Origin: an uncultured Gammaproteobacteria bacterium
GTDB lineage: Bacteria; Pseudomonadota; Gammaproteobacteria; UBA9214
Length of the DNA stretch: 64,000 nucleotides
NCBI GenBank assembly: GCA_963773065.1
Contig: CAVYZN010000016.1
Coordinates: 1 to 64,000, forward strand
Direction of reading: 5' to 3'
The position numbers were made by a program, and so were the translations under genes. Position 1 is the stretch's first letter. Each line of letters begins with the position of its first letter. Shown here piece by piece: positions 12,760-23,243 of the stretch. The notes under the pieces are model-generated. The model was given only the letters and a program-made list of their open reading frames with translations. It was not told the origin of the DNA and ran no database searches.

Positions 12760-13702
12760 ATGGATGAGGGTTTCATCGATCTTCGCCGGCATACCGAGGC
12801 CGGTATCAGCAGCCTGAATTTCTGGCCCTCGTTCACCGATGTCATGATGGTCGTGGTGGTGATCTTCATGATGGCCAGCTCGGTGCTCATACTGCGCAAT
12901 ATGGACCTGGTGAGGGAACTGCGAGCGACCATCGATGCGCAGCTCCACGCCGAGGAAGCGGCGCGCTCGGCGACACAAACCAGCGCCACCCTGGAGGAGC
13001 AACTCGCACAGACCCAGAGTGAACTCACCCAGTTGCGCATGCGCCTGATGCGCGCCAACGAGATCAACCAGGCTCGCACCGAGGAGTTTACCCGGCAGGA
13101 ACAGCGCCTGCTCGCTCTGGAGGCGGACAAGCAGCAATTGACGTCCGGCCTGCAGCAGTCGCGGCGTGAGGCACAACTGTACCAGGATCAGTTCACCCAG
13201 ACGCAGGCCGAATATGCGCAGTTGAACGATGCCCACGCCACCCTGAAAAAGCGATTGCAGGAGGTACTCGACCAGTTGTCACCAACTCGAAAAGAGCAGC
13301 CAAGATCAGGCCGCCGAACTGGCCCAATTCAGGCAGCAGCGTTCATTGAGCGAACAACAGATGGTAGCGCTGCAGGGTGAGTATGACGAACTCAGGGGCA
13401 AGTACGACAAGCTGATCAAACCGGCGCGTTCCGCCGTTGGCAAACACGTCGTGTCGGTGCGCTATTGGAAAGAGGACGAGGATTACCAGCTCAGGATGAA
13501 GGAGTCGGAGGAGGACGATTACCAGACCGTCACCGTGGATCAGTTGAATGAGCGTCTGGCAAGGCTCAAGGATGAGTATGCCGGCAACCTCTACGTCAAG
13601 GTGATCATCCCGGACAGCAGCGGCCTATCGTACAGCGAGGCGTGGAACTTTATCAACGATCTCCTCAAGAAGTACGACTACTACCACCAGGATGAGCCCT
13701 GA
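12760..13702 (+). CDS. Single-TM partner subunit (MotB/ExbD-like TM with Asp), long coiled coil and ExbD-like C-terminal domain; frameshift near 13280-13345
   Basis: FWPSFTDVMMVVVVIFMM, then a Gln/Glu/Leu heptad-rich stretch; 13346..13702 ends with LYVKVIIPDSSGLSYSEAWNFINDLL; directly follows the previous gene. Confidence 0.7.
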
Positions 13703-14038
13703 GACGCATCGGTACACCGTCCGGCCGGTACGCAAGGCAGCCCGGGATCGACGCCGGGTTATCATCGCTGATGACGACGGGCATCAACGGTCGCCGCGAC
13801 AGCGGCATGGCTCCGCTGCCGGCAACCCGGGGGGATTCGACCGCAGGGCAATGCCAGTGGGGTACGCGGCAGGCACGCACATGACCAGCGCTCGTGAAAA
13901 TTCCCTGGATTGAGAGTGACCGATAGGGTATTTTCCCGTCGCAGAGTAACCGCAGTAACCGTGCGGCGCAAGCCCGCATCCAGAGGATGATTACAACTTG
14001 AAATTACAACGGAATCTCCCATTTATCGCGATATCCCC

Positions 14039-15313
14039 ATGAAGTCCGATAATGTGGTTGATTTTCAGGTAGTCACGGGCCTGGAGGGTCTGAAGTCTCT
14101 GGAAGCCAGCTGGCGCGAACTCACCGGCAGACTGGCCCGAAGATGCTTCTACCATGAGTATGACTGGTTCAGGAGCCGCCTGGAGTGTCAGGTTGACACC
14201 CATGCGCGAGCCGATTTTTGTCCTGGCGAGCCTGCCTGACAAGACACCGGTCGCCATCTTTCCACTGCAGCAAGCAAGGACCAGGAAGGGATGGATGACG
14301 CTTAGCAGCCTGCAGATATTCTGGCCATGTGATATGGATGTCAATGACTTCATCATGGACAACAGTCAAATTGACACCGACCTGATGCATCTTCTGATCA
14401 GAGCATCTAAGGCGGCAAGGCCGGCCACATTTCGATCTTCTGGAACTGCAGAATATACCGGAGGAGAGCGCCATCAGCGATGCCATGAAGTCCCATTCCC
14501 GCCCGTTGACCGTATCTGTACCGCGTCCATTGCAGCAAAACCATCGCCCTTGGCAAGACTTATGATGAAACCACCAGCGCCCTCTCGGGAAAATTCAAAC
14601 GCAACTTGCGAAGACAATTAAACAATCTGGTGAAATCCGGCGAGGTTGAATTCGCATTTTATGATGACGCTGCTGACCTGGAAAAGGCCTACGAAACCTT
14701 CCTCTGTGTCGAGGCAAATAGCTGGAAGGGACCCGATGGCACAGGCACGGCCGTGATATTGAATGAAGAACAAACCACCTTTTATCGCGAACTGGTGTCC
14801 CGATTTGCCAGGACCAACCAATGCCGAATCGATGTGATGACGGTATCCGGGAAACCTGTTGCCGTTCAACTCGGCATCATTTCAGGGAGTACGCTAAATC
14901 TTCTGAAAATTGCCTATGATAAAGCCTATAAAAGATTGGCTCCGGGGGTGTTGCTGCTGAACAAAACCCTGGAAATGTACAGCGGTCACCAGCGGATAAA
15001 ATACATCAGTTTCATAACCGGCGCCCGATGGAATGATGACTGGGCGCCCCTGGTCAACAAAGTTTACACGCATTCGATTTATCAACTAACACCGGCTGGC
15101 TTATATGGCTACACCTTTGAAAGCCTCAAAGTCTTCCTGTGTAAAGTAAAGTGCAGGTATTACTCCGGCAACGGTTTATTAAGCAAGCGTAATGGCGTCA
15201 TGGCCGGTTATGGCGCCAGACAAGCTAAATCGGCGTCACAACCTCACGCATGGGAGGACAAGGTGACGACTCGCATACGGGCTTCGCCAGGCAATGGCGC
15301 CAGTAACGGTTAG
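14039..15313 (+). CDS. GNAT acetyltransferase, CelD/BcsL-like, frameshifted
   Basis: LEASWREL...FYHEYDW, PVAIFPL, VEANSWKG, LKIAYDKAYKRLAPGVLL across three ORF pieces. Confidence 0.75.
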
Positions 15314-15821
15314 GGAGTTGAAGAAAAACACTGGCAACGTGAGCTCATTCCGGATTACCGTTCTGACAAGTTCCGACTTGAAACAGGATTGATGACAGAT
15401 ACGCAAACACCTTTCTCAGATTCAGAGTGAACCCTCCCAGCTCAGCGCCCAGTTACGGGATCAATTCCCCTTGCACGACTTTTTACCGTTGCAGCAGTCC
15501 ACCTCATTGTGTTGCGTTCATGGGGTGCGTCAGATATTCGTTTCGACAGCCGACATCATGCCAGTAATGACGGTGCCCATCATCCTATCAGCGGCAAAAT
15601 CCAACTCGTACTCGTGGTTTTCAACTATCTCATCCGCCGAGTTTTCGGAGTTCATTTCTGATAAAGTTATTCAATATTTGTCGGTTATCATGGGCGGATC
15701 GTCATTCTGTACCGCGTATAATGTGTTTATCCGAAAAGACCATGACATGCACGGGATTATCAGATGCATGTTTGTGGTTACGCATGTACATTGAGACAAT
15801 GTGTATAACAGGAATAACGCT

Positions 15822-16628
15822 ATGAGTTGGAAAGATGACGTCAAAACACGCTTTTCCGTTGCCCAGGATGCAAAAAAATGGGATCAGATGTATGAACAAG
15901 ATACCGAGAAGCTTGATGAACATATCTTTAGGCTGAGACGTGATTTCACGGTGGATTTCATAGTTAACAACTATGATGAACAAGCAAAGCTATGTGACTT
16001 GGGATGCGGAGCCGGACCAGTAATATTTCAAATGCTTAGTAGAGGCTATGATATGGTTGGGCTTGACTACTCCGGGGATATGCTGGGCAACGCGGCTAAA
16101 CGACTCAGTGCTGGGCAGATACGCAATAAACCCTTGATCAATGGCAATTGTGAGCTGTTGCCATTTGGAGATAGCAAATTTGATTGTGTTGTTTGTTTGG
16201 GTGTCATCAGTTATGTGGAGAATTACGAAAATATTATTAAAGAAATCTTCAGGGTTCTCAAACCAGGCGGTACTGTCCTGGTGAGCTTCCGAAATAAATA
16301 TAATTTGATTATGAACGACCCGATCGTCTCGTTAATTTCTCTGGCAAAAAAAATATTGTTTATGGGCGAGAAGAAAAACGGGTTTGAGATCGGGCAATAT
16401 TTGAGTGCGCGCGAAGTGCAAGCATTGATAAAGTCCAAGGGTTTTGACTTTCTTGATTTCAGGGGAATCGGCTTTGGTCCATTCAGCATTAAACACAGAC
16501 GATTGTTTAGTGACAAGACATCCATAAAAATAAGTCAGTACATATCAAGCCTTGCGGATAAATTAAATGCGGAATTTGTTTATAGGCTGGCTTCAGATGT
16601 AAATATCCTGATTTTCAGAAAACCCTGA
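15822..16628 (+). CDS. Class I SAM-dependent methyltransferase
   Basis: LCDLGCGAG, VGLDYS, LPFGDSKFDCVVCLGVISY, EIFRVLKPGG. Confidence 0.9.
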   Translation: MSWKDDVKTRFSVAQDAKKWDQMYEQDTEKLDEHIFRLRRDFTVDFIVNNYDEQAKLCDLGCGAGPVIFQMLSRGYDMVGLDYSGDMLGNAAKRLSAGQIRNKPLINGNCELLPFGDSKFDCVVCLGVISYVENYENIIKEIFRVLKPGGTVLVSFRNKYNLIMNDPIVSLISLAKKILFMGEKKNGFEIGQYLSAREVQALIKSKGFDFLDFRGIGFGPFSIKHRRLFSDKTSIKISQYISSLADKLNAEFVYRLASDVNILIFRKP

Positions 16629-16861
16629 CCCGGGTATATCAGCTAACGTTCCTAACTGGCGGTAAAGGCATGATCGGGAAGCTGCAAAAATGCCTCTCAC
16701 TGCAAATTCATGCTCGATAAACGGAAGTCGGAGCATTCAATTTCCCAGAAACCATCTTACAAGTGTTATGTACGGTCACTTTTGCTGTTCGCCAGGACAA
16801 ATACGCGCTATAAAATATGATTTTACTCAACTTGGCCTGTTCATGGCCCCGGAATCATCAG

Positions 16862-17993
16862 ATGCCAGCAACGACTAAAGACAACGGCTTGCTCGAGGTA
16901 AGAGTCGCCACGGCTGATGAGTTTGAACAGAGCAGGGAAACATGGAATACGCTGGCCGCAGCGATGAAGTATCCCACCATCTTCTGCTCATGGGAGTGGA
17001 TCCACACCTGGTGGAACCATTTCGGAAAAGCACATGAACCCGCGATCCTCTTCATTTACCGCAGAGGCGAGTTGACTGGCATACTGCCGTTATTCATGGA
17101 AAACCGCAGAGAGGTCTGTACACCCGTTCCCGAGGAAGCTGGGATTCTGTGGCAGCACCAAATTGTATCCCGATCATCTCGATATCATCTGTGCTGCAGA
17201 TGACGCCAAGCAGTGCCTGGATGCGGCATTTGGTTTTCTGACGGCTGATTTCAGGTGTTGGGATATTCTGCAATTATGCTTTATTGCCGAAGACAGCAAT
17301 CTTTACTCATGGTTATGGTCAAACCGTGACCGGATCAAGTGGCGGATAAAGGACCGAACCGTTGCCCCCTATCTAAACCTTGCCGGCTCATTCGACGACT
17401 ACATGGGAAGTTTTACAAGTCGCCAGAGATACCCTGTCCAGAGCCGCAGGAAAAAGCTGCTTGAACGCCATGCCATGCGCTATGTCAAATGTGATTTTGG
17501 AGACCTGGCAGAATGTCTGACTACGGTATTTGATCTCCATGCTCAGCGGGCCGTTGCTAAACGGATAGACAGTACCTTTACCGGTGATGAAATCTTCCAG
17601 TTTCATGTCGATCTCCTCAAGGAGATCCGGGACAAAGACTGGGTTTGGATCCGGTTTCTGAAAACCGGGGAAGAGATGATAGCTGCCTTTTATGGTTTCG
17701 TATTCGGCAAGCGTGTGTTCTATTATCAACTGGGGCATGATCCGGAATGGGCTAGTTTTTCTCCAGGCATGGTTATGCTCAATGAGACTATTCAGGAGTC
17801 ATTCGCTGGCAACTACCTGGAATTCAATTTCCTGCAGGGAGAGGAAGAATTCAAATACAAATGGACAAAAGATCAACGGATTCTGTATGACTTCTCTGTA
17901 TATCAGAATAATTTACAGAGTCGCGCACTTTATACCAAAGATATGTTGAAACAAGCGTTAAAGAAGTTGCTAGGACGACACCCTCGGACATAA
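16862..17993 (+). CDS. GNAT acetyltransferase, CelD/BcsL-like, frameshift near 17110-17165
   Basis: IFCSWEWIHTWWNHF, LTGILPL, YPDHLDII, YYQLGHDPEWASFSPGMV, FNFLQGEEEFKYKW. Confidence 0.85.
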
Positions 17994-18044
17994 TCCGCAG
18001 GTTTGCGAGTCTAACCGAATAAATAATCCAAAGTTGTCAGTTAC

Positions 18045-19520
18045 ATGATTAAACATGAGGCCAATGCTGTAAGCAATCCAGCACAGGATGCCCGCCAGCT
18101 TTCCAAGAAAACAGTACAAGCAGCCGGCTGGAACTATTTATCCTTCGGGCTCAGCAAGCTATCCCTCATCGTCACAATCACAATCCTGGCGCGACTGCTG
18201 GGTCCTGGGGAATTCGGAGTCGTCGGCTTTGCGACCCTGGCCATTGCCTACCTGTCCTTTCTGCAGGATCTTGGCCTGGGCCATGCCCTTGTCCAGAGAA
18301 GAACCGATATCGAGGAAGCCTCTGAAACGGTTTTCACATCCAACCTGGCAATCGGGTTTGCACTTACGCTGATTGTATTCATCACCGCTCCCTACATTGC
18401 CGATTTTTTTCGCGAACCGAGAGTCGAGCTGTTGATGCGGGTTCTGGGTCTGTCGTTTTCTATCGAGGCACTCGGATCAACCCACCTGGCTCTGCTTAGG
18501 AAGGAACTCGACTTCCGCCGCAAAATCATCCCGGATCTTGGTCGCGCGTTAATCAAGGGAATAGTCTCCATCAGCCTGGCGTTTCTCGGTTACGGTGTCT
18601 GGTCTCTGGTCATTGGCCAGCTTGCCGGTGCCGTCACCGCGGTTGTTCTGGCCTGGATCACTTGCCCGTGGCGTCCGCATTTCCATATCAACACCGCACT
18701 GCTGCGCAGCATGCTGAGTTTCAGCATGTCACTCATTGGAGTCAACATCATACACGCCATCGCTTCAAATCTTGGTTACACCCTCGTAGGCCGGCTGCTC
18801 GGCGATGCAGCGCTTGGCATCTACACCATGGCCTATCGAATACCGGATCTTGCTATCGACAGCATCTGGACCGTGCTCGCGCAGGTCCTGTTCCCCACCT
18901 ACTCGAATGTGCAGCATGATATGCGGCTACTGGCGAAGGGGTTCCTTGCAACGGTCCGTTACTTGCAGCTCGTCATCATGCCAATTTCACTCATGATGAT
19001 CCTTGTTGCCGATCCACTTGTGCATGCATTGCTCGGCCCCGAATGGATTGAGACTATCCCCATCCTCAGGCTTATTGCAGTTTCTTCCTTGATAATCTCG
19101 ATTGGGAGTAACGTAGGAGACGTGTATAAAGCGATTGGCCGACCAAGTATCCTGTGGAAACTCGGCATATTCAACCTTATGGCACTCACCATATGCCTGG
19201 TTATCGGTGTGAAGTATGGATTGCTGGGAGTAGCCATTGGCCGCATCGTCGCGGCCATCTATGTAATGGCTCTAAGATTGCTTTATGCAACCCGTGTGCT
19301 TGATATCTCATTACTGGATATCTGGCGGCAGATCCGTCCGGCATTCAACGGAGGGATCGTCCTCTGCCTGGTTGCACTGCCCGTGCTTGCTTCAACAGGA
19401 GACATGAATCCATTCATACAATTAATTCTTGTCTGCCTTACTGCCAGCCTGGCTTATTTAGGAGCGTTGTGGTTCCTTGAGAAGGACTCGGTTATTACCG
19501 TACTCGATATGCTGGGCTAA
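18045..19520 (+). CDS. Polysaccharide flippase (Wzx/PST family)
   Basis: ILARLLGPGEFG, DLGLGHALVQ, RKELDFR, GYGVWSLVIGQ; many TM segments over 491 aa. Confidence 0.9.
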   Translation: MIKHEANAVSNPAQDARQLSKKTVQAAGWNYLSFGLSKLSLIVTITILARLLGPGEFGVVGFATLAIAYLSFLQDLGLGHALVQRRTDIEEASETVFTSNLAIGFALTLIVFITAPYIADFFREPRVELLMRVLGLSFSIEALGSTHLALLRKELDFRRKIIPDLGRALIKGIVSISLAFLGYGVWSLVIGQLAGAVTAVVLAWITCPWRPHFHINTALLRSMLSFSMSLIGVNIIHAIASNLGYTLVGRLLGDAALGIYTMAYRIPDLAIDSIWTVLAQVLFPTYSNVQHDMRLLAKGFLATVRYLQLVIMPISLMMILVADPLVHALLGPEWIETIPILRLIAVSSLIISIGSNVGDVYKAIGRPSILWKLGIFNLMALTICLVIGVKYGLLGVAIGRIVAAIYVMALRLLYATRVLDISLLDIWRQIRPAFNGGIVLCLVALPVLASTGDMNPFIQLILVCLTASLAYLGALWFLEKDSVITVLDMLG

Positions 19521-19706
19521 AAAAGTTATTGCCGCGAGATGGAACACCCGATAGGAACTGACATGCAGGTACAGACACCATGACCGGTAATTACGCTGAA
19601 CCAGCGTGCATACTCCATTCAAATTACACGTTGGATAGCGGCGTAGAGAAAAACTCACCTCCTTGCGTGATGATGTATTCAACGCTGAACGAGGCCACAT
19701 GCTGAC

Positions 19707-20981
19707 ATGAAAATCGCCGTTGTTGAGACTTTTGGCACGGGCGGACTCATCCATTTCACATATCAATTGTGTCGAGCCCTCGCCAATAAGGGATGTGAAG
19801 TAAAACTGATTACCAGCGATGACTACGAACTCTCAGCCTTCCCACATAATTTCAGCGTAGACAGCTTCATGCACTTGTGGCCAAGCCACGATCCCGCCTC
19901 TATGCGACAGGTGCCGGGCACCCTGTCACATCGTATATGGCATAAACTGCGCTGGACGGCACGGAGAGCGTTCAGGGCGGCCAAATTAATATGGCAGTGG
20001 CGCCGTCTAACACGACTGTTACTAAGAGAACGCCCTGACATAGTCCAGTTCAGCTTGATTCATTATCCATTCCAGGCGTATTTCCTTTCCCGATTACAGC
20101 GCAGTGGTATCCTGTTGACGCAAATCTGCCATGAATATGAGCAGCGCGACACCAAACCCGGCTGGATCAACACACTGAACTCGAACCTTTCCCAGAAAAT
20201 CTACCGCAGCTTCTCCGCCATCTTCTTTCTGGCGGAAAAGACCAGGCAGGATTTCCACCGGTTCTCTGCCATACCTACAGAGCACACCTTCATCATTCCG
20301 CACGGAGACCAGTCAATGTTTCTTGATGACCGGGAGCGACGGCTGGACATGCGGGCACATTACGGGCTTTTGAAAGAAGACAAGGTGATTCTTTTTTTTG
20401 GTGTCATCCGCCCGAGTAAAGGCATTCCCGATCTGATTGAAGCATTTGCATTGTTGCCAAAAGATAGAAACGCCAAACTGCTGATCGTTGGCTACCCTAC
20501 CAAACACGCTGATATGGGTGAACTGCAGGACGACATAAACCGGCTTCACCTATCGGGTTCCGTCATCATCGATCCGCGCTATATAGCAATGGAAGAAGTA
20601 GGACCGTTGATGGAAGCAGCCACCCTGGTCGTATTCCCTTACCGCAATGCCACCCAAAGTGGCGCGTTACATCTGGCGTATTCTTTTGGCCGCCCGGTTG
20701 TTGCCACAAGGGTTGGCGGCCTGGCGGAGGATGTCAAGGATGGCCAAACCGGATATCTGGTTCCCCCACAGTCACCAGCGGACCTGGCCGCGGCCATTGA
20801 GCGTCTTCTTACGGATCCTGACCGTCTCGCACGGATGGGTATAGAGGCCCGAAAACTCTCCCAGACCCAGCATTCATGGGATGCCGTAGCCGAGCGTATA
20901 TTGAGCGTATATAACAAACTGTTACTTGATTCCGCTATCCCCACGGCACATACTTCAGCAACGCATACCTCGGGGTATTAA
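19707..20981 (+). CDS. Glycosyltransferase family 4
   Basis: ILFFGVIRPSKGIPDLIEAF, VVFPYRNATQSGALHLAYSFGRPVVATRVGGL. Confidence 0.92.
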   Translation: MKIAVVETFGTGGLIHFTYQLCRALANKGCEVKLITSDDYELSAFPHNFSVDSFMHLWPSHDPASMRQVPGTLSHRIWHKLRWTARRAFRAAKLIWQWRRLTRLLLRERPDIVQFSLIHYPFQAYFLSRLQRSGILLTQICHEYEQRDTKPGWINTLNSNLSQKIYRSFSAIFFLAEKTRQDFHRFSAIPTEHTFIIPHGDQSMFLDDRERRLDMRAHYGLLKEDKVILFFGVIRPSKGIPDLIEAFALLPKDRNAKLLIVGYPTKHADMGELQDDINRLHLSGSVIIDPRYIAMEEVGPLMEAATLVVFPYRNATQSGALHLAYSFGRPVVATRVGGLAEDVKDGQTGYLVPPQSPADLAAAIERLLTDPDRLARMGIEARKLSQTQHSWDAVAERILSVYNKLLLDSAIPTAHTSATHTSGY

Positions 20982-21489
20982 ACGTCTTTACATCATTAGC
21001 GGCTCATTCCTGCAGGGTGTGCGGTACTTGAAAATACCCGCAAGTCACGGTAAACATACCGCACTTCATCATACATTCGATCTCCTTCTGGACCGCATTT
21101 CTAAATGCGCCGTGAAAAGGCACGTCTCTCAGTGGATGTAATTCCCACCCGACAACTATCGCTCCAGCCAGTAGCAATCGGAGCGACCGGAGCCTGCTGG
21201 TGTGGAGTGTCATTATTGTAACCTGGTTGCAGGAGACCATAACAGTGCAGTGAACGCTAGGCATACCCTTGGTCCGGGCAGATGGCGACTATTATCGTAG
21301 ATGCCGCCGATTTCGAAGCGACCCGCCAGCGGCGTAGTATGCCTACGGTAGGGGGCGCGGCGCAGCAGATAGCGCAATGTGTCGGCGACTTTGGCCAATT
21401 CGACGTCCACCAAACGTCAGGCAGAATGGGCCTGTTTTCGTGTCGCGTCGAACATCATCAGCAGTTCCTTGCACATGAGTGGGAAGAGA

Positions 21490-21690
21490 ATCTCGATGTG
21501 GTCATGCGCCAGCCACATCGCGCCGGGGAGAAGCTGTTCGTGAACTATTCCGGGCAAACGGTTGAGGTGGTGGACCGGGCTAGCGGTGAGGTAAAGGCGG
21601 CACAGATTTTCGTCACCTTGCTGGTGGCTCCAACTATACGTACGCCGAGGCCACCTGGAGCCAGCAGCTGCCGGACTGGATCGGCCACGC
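21490..21690 (+). pseudogene. IS21-family transposase (IstA) fragment
   Basis: MRQPHRAGEKLFVNYSGQ..VVDRASGEV..AQIFV, then in a shifted frame SNYTYAEATWSQQLPDWI; no ends or istB seen. Confidence 0.85.
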
Positions 21691-22038
21691 AAATTGGCCG
21701 CCTGACATCATCACGGCACTGCCCACCGCCACACTGTATATGTTTCTCTACGGCAAGGAGCAAACTGTCCGGCTGCGTTCGGTTGTAGCCTGGCATCATT
21801 TCCTCACGCCACGTCGGTCTGTACGGTTTGGTGCGAGTGCTTCGATCCGGAGAAGAACACCAGTGTCCAAACCCCGTTTGCTGCTGCCACCGAGACCAAA
21901 CTGTCCGTCACAATCAGCGTGCGCCTCTATGACCGTTGCTGGGGCATCGAACCTGTTATTCCCTTAAATTCGCCTTCCCCGAACAGCACGGTAATCCCGA
22001 TTACCCTTGTAGCCATTTAGTCAGCGTCTTCCTGTTCA

Positions 22039-22218
22039 TCAATCAATGCTGGAGTTGTAAAACACATCCAGAGGAATAAATTCTACGATGATATTATTCA
22101 AACGCCTGTCTGGAATTCTGCGACGATCCACTGACTTTATCTGTCCCTTAGTGCCCGAGACGAGTAACGGAGAGGAATTATTTATGTCGCGTCTTTCCTT
22201 ATGCCTTCGTTCTCTCAT
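22039..22218 (-). CDS. 59-aa Arg-rich microprotein (absent from the ORF track), paralogue of 22544..22732
   Basis: Manual translation: MRERRHKERRDINNSSPLLVSGTKGQIKSVDRRRIPDRRLNNIIVEFIPLDVFYNSSID. Confidence 0.6.
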   Translation of the reverse strand: MRERRHKERRDINNSSPLLVSGTKGQIKSVDRRRIPDRRLNNIIVEFIPLDVFYNSSID

Positions 22219-22543
22219 TTTTAATGCGCATCCACACCTCGATACGCTCCTCCTTAATCTTGTTGTGCATTAACCGATTAGCTGTATACACATCATAGTC
22301 CTGAAATAATGGAATTTTCTTGTTTTTATTTGATCCAGATCAATTGGAATCTATATTTGACTCCCCTGGAAACCGCCTGAACGAATGTAACGGTTGGGGA
22401 GCAGGTTACATTATGCCGTTGTTTGTATCGAAGCCTTTGCAATAGATAAATCATCCTTCGATTTCCGCTAAGCAGTTGGATTCTTTGAGTGTTGCATAAA
22501 AAAGCGATCATGTGATCGCCCGTTGCTAAATATCCTTATTCAA

Positions 22544-22732
22544 TCAGGTTAGTTTGTAGAATGTCAACCAGGGCATCTCAGACAACAGTAACTGCCTTTC
22601 CTCGACCTCCAAATTGCTCAGGCGGCGATCCCTCGTTTTGCGTCGTTCCGACGTAACAATATCATGCATACTGTCTTCCAGCGGGAACGTGATAAGGACA
22701 TGTGAGTGTCGCCTTTCTTTAGTGTTTCTCAT
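22544..22732 (-). CDS. 62-aa Arg-rich microprotein with ERR/DRR motifs
   Basis: MRNTKERRH...ERRKTRDRRLSNLEVEE; GGAGGT Shine-Dalgarno just upstream of the ATG. Confidence 0.7.
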   Translation of the reverse strand: MRNTKERRHSHVLITFPLEDSMHDIVTSERRKTRDRRLSNLEVEERQLLLSEMPWLTFYKLT

Positions 22733-22874
22733 GATCTACCTCCCCAAGGTAGTGAGATGTCGGACTTACCTTGAGCAGGTTAACGGCCCATTAGTTCAAT
22801 CCTTAACTCAAAATATAGCAAGAGAATCAGGAAAGTTCTGCCGGGACAACACGATTTTCTGGTTATGTCTTTCT

Positions 22875-22905
22875 TTGCTTCGTCACTTTGTTCCTCGCAA
22901 TGACG
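22875..22905 (-). repeat. Single REP/RPE-like palindromic unit
   Basis: Reverse strand reads CGTCATTGCGAGGAACAAAGTGACGAAGCAA, resembling the widespread GTCATTGCGAG..GACGAAGCAA intergenic repeat (recognised from memory). Confidence 0.55.
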
Positions 22906-22951
22906 ACACATCAGAAATTCCCTAAGATCATCACGAGTCATGCCGCGCGGT

Positions 22952-23048
22952 CCGGGATGGGCTTGTCGCAGCCGTGTGCCGCCAGAACGGCGGCACGACG
23001 AGCCTACCGGGAGGTATTCACGGCGTGCTGCGGCAAGCCCATTCCCGG
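22952..23048. repeat. REP/MITE-like structured element
   Basis: CCGGGATGGGCTTGTCGCAGC pairs with GCTGCGGCAAGCCCATTCCCGG; inner hairpin GTGCCGCC..GGCGGCAC. Confidence 0.65.
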
Positions 23049-23243
23049 AGTATCCCTGAAGAGTGGCCTTACTATCGAAGGCAATAATAAAATAGCTGCG
23101 ATGCGCCCAAGAGGCCGTTCCTGGTCATCCCGACCGCGGGGCGCGATCTTTCCCGGCGCCGAAGTTCCGGCTGCCTGCCGGATCGGGTCAATGCATGACT
23201 GCCGGTTTGCCTGGCTATTGGCGGCGGGTTCACAATGGCCCCC

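Noticed and set aside
11834-13702. Calling the pair Zorya ZorAB or flagellar MotAB
   Set aside because: No OmpA-like peptidoglycan-binding domain, no very long ZorA tail, and no zorC/D/E or flagellar genes nearby
22384-22412. Inverted repeat AATGTAAC-N13-GTTACATT between the microprotein genes
   Set aside because: Single 8-bp instance in AT-rich DNA; cannot be assigned to a regulator
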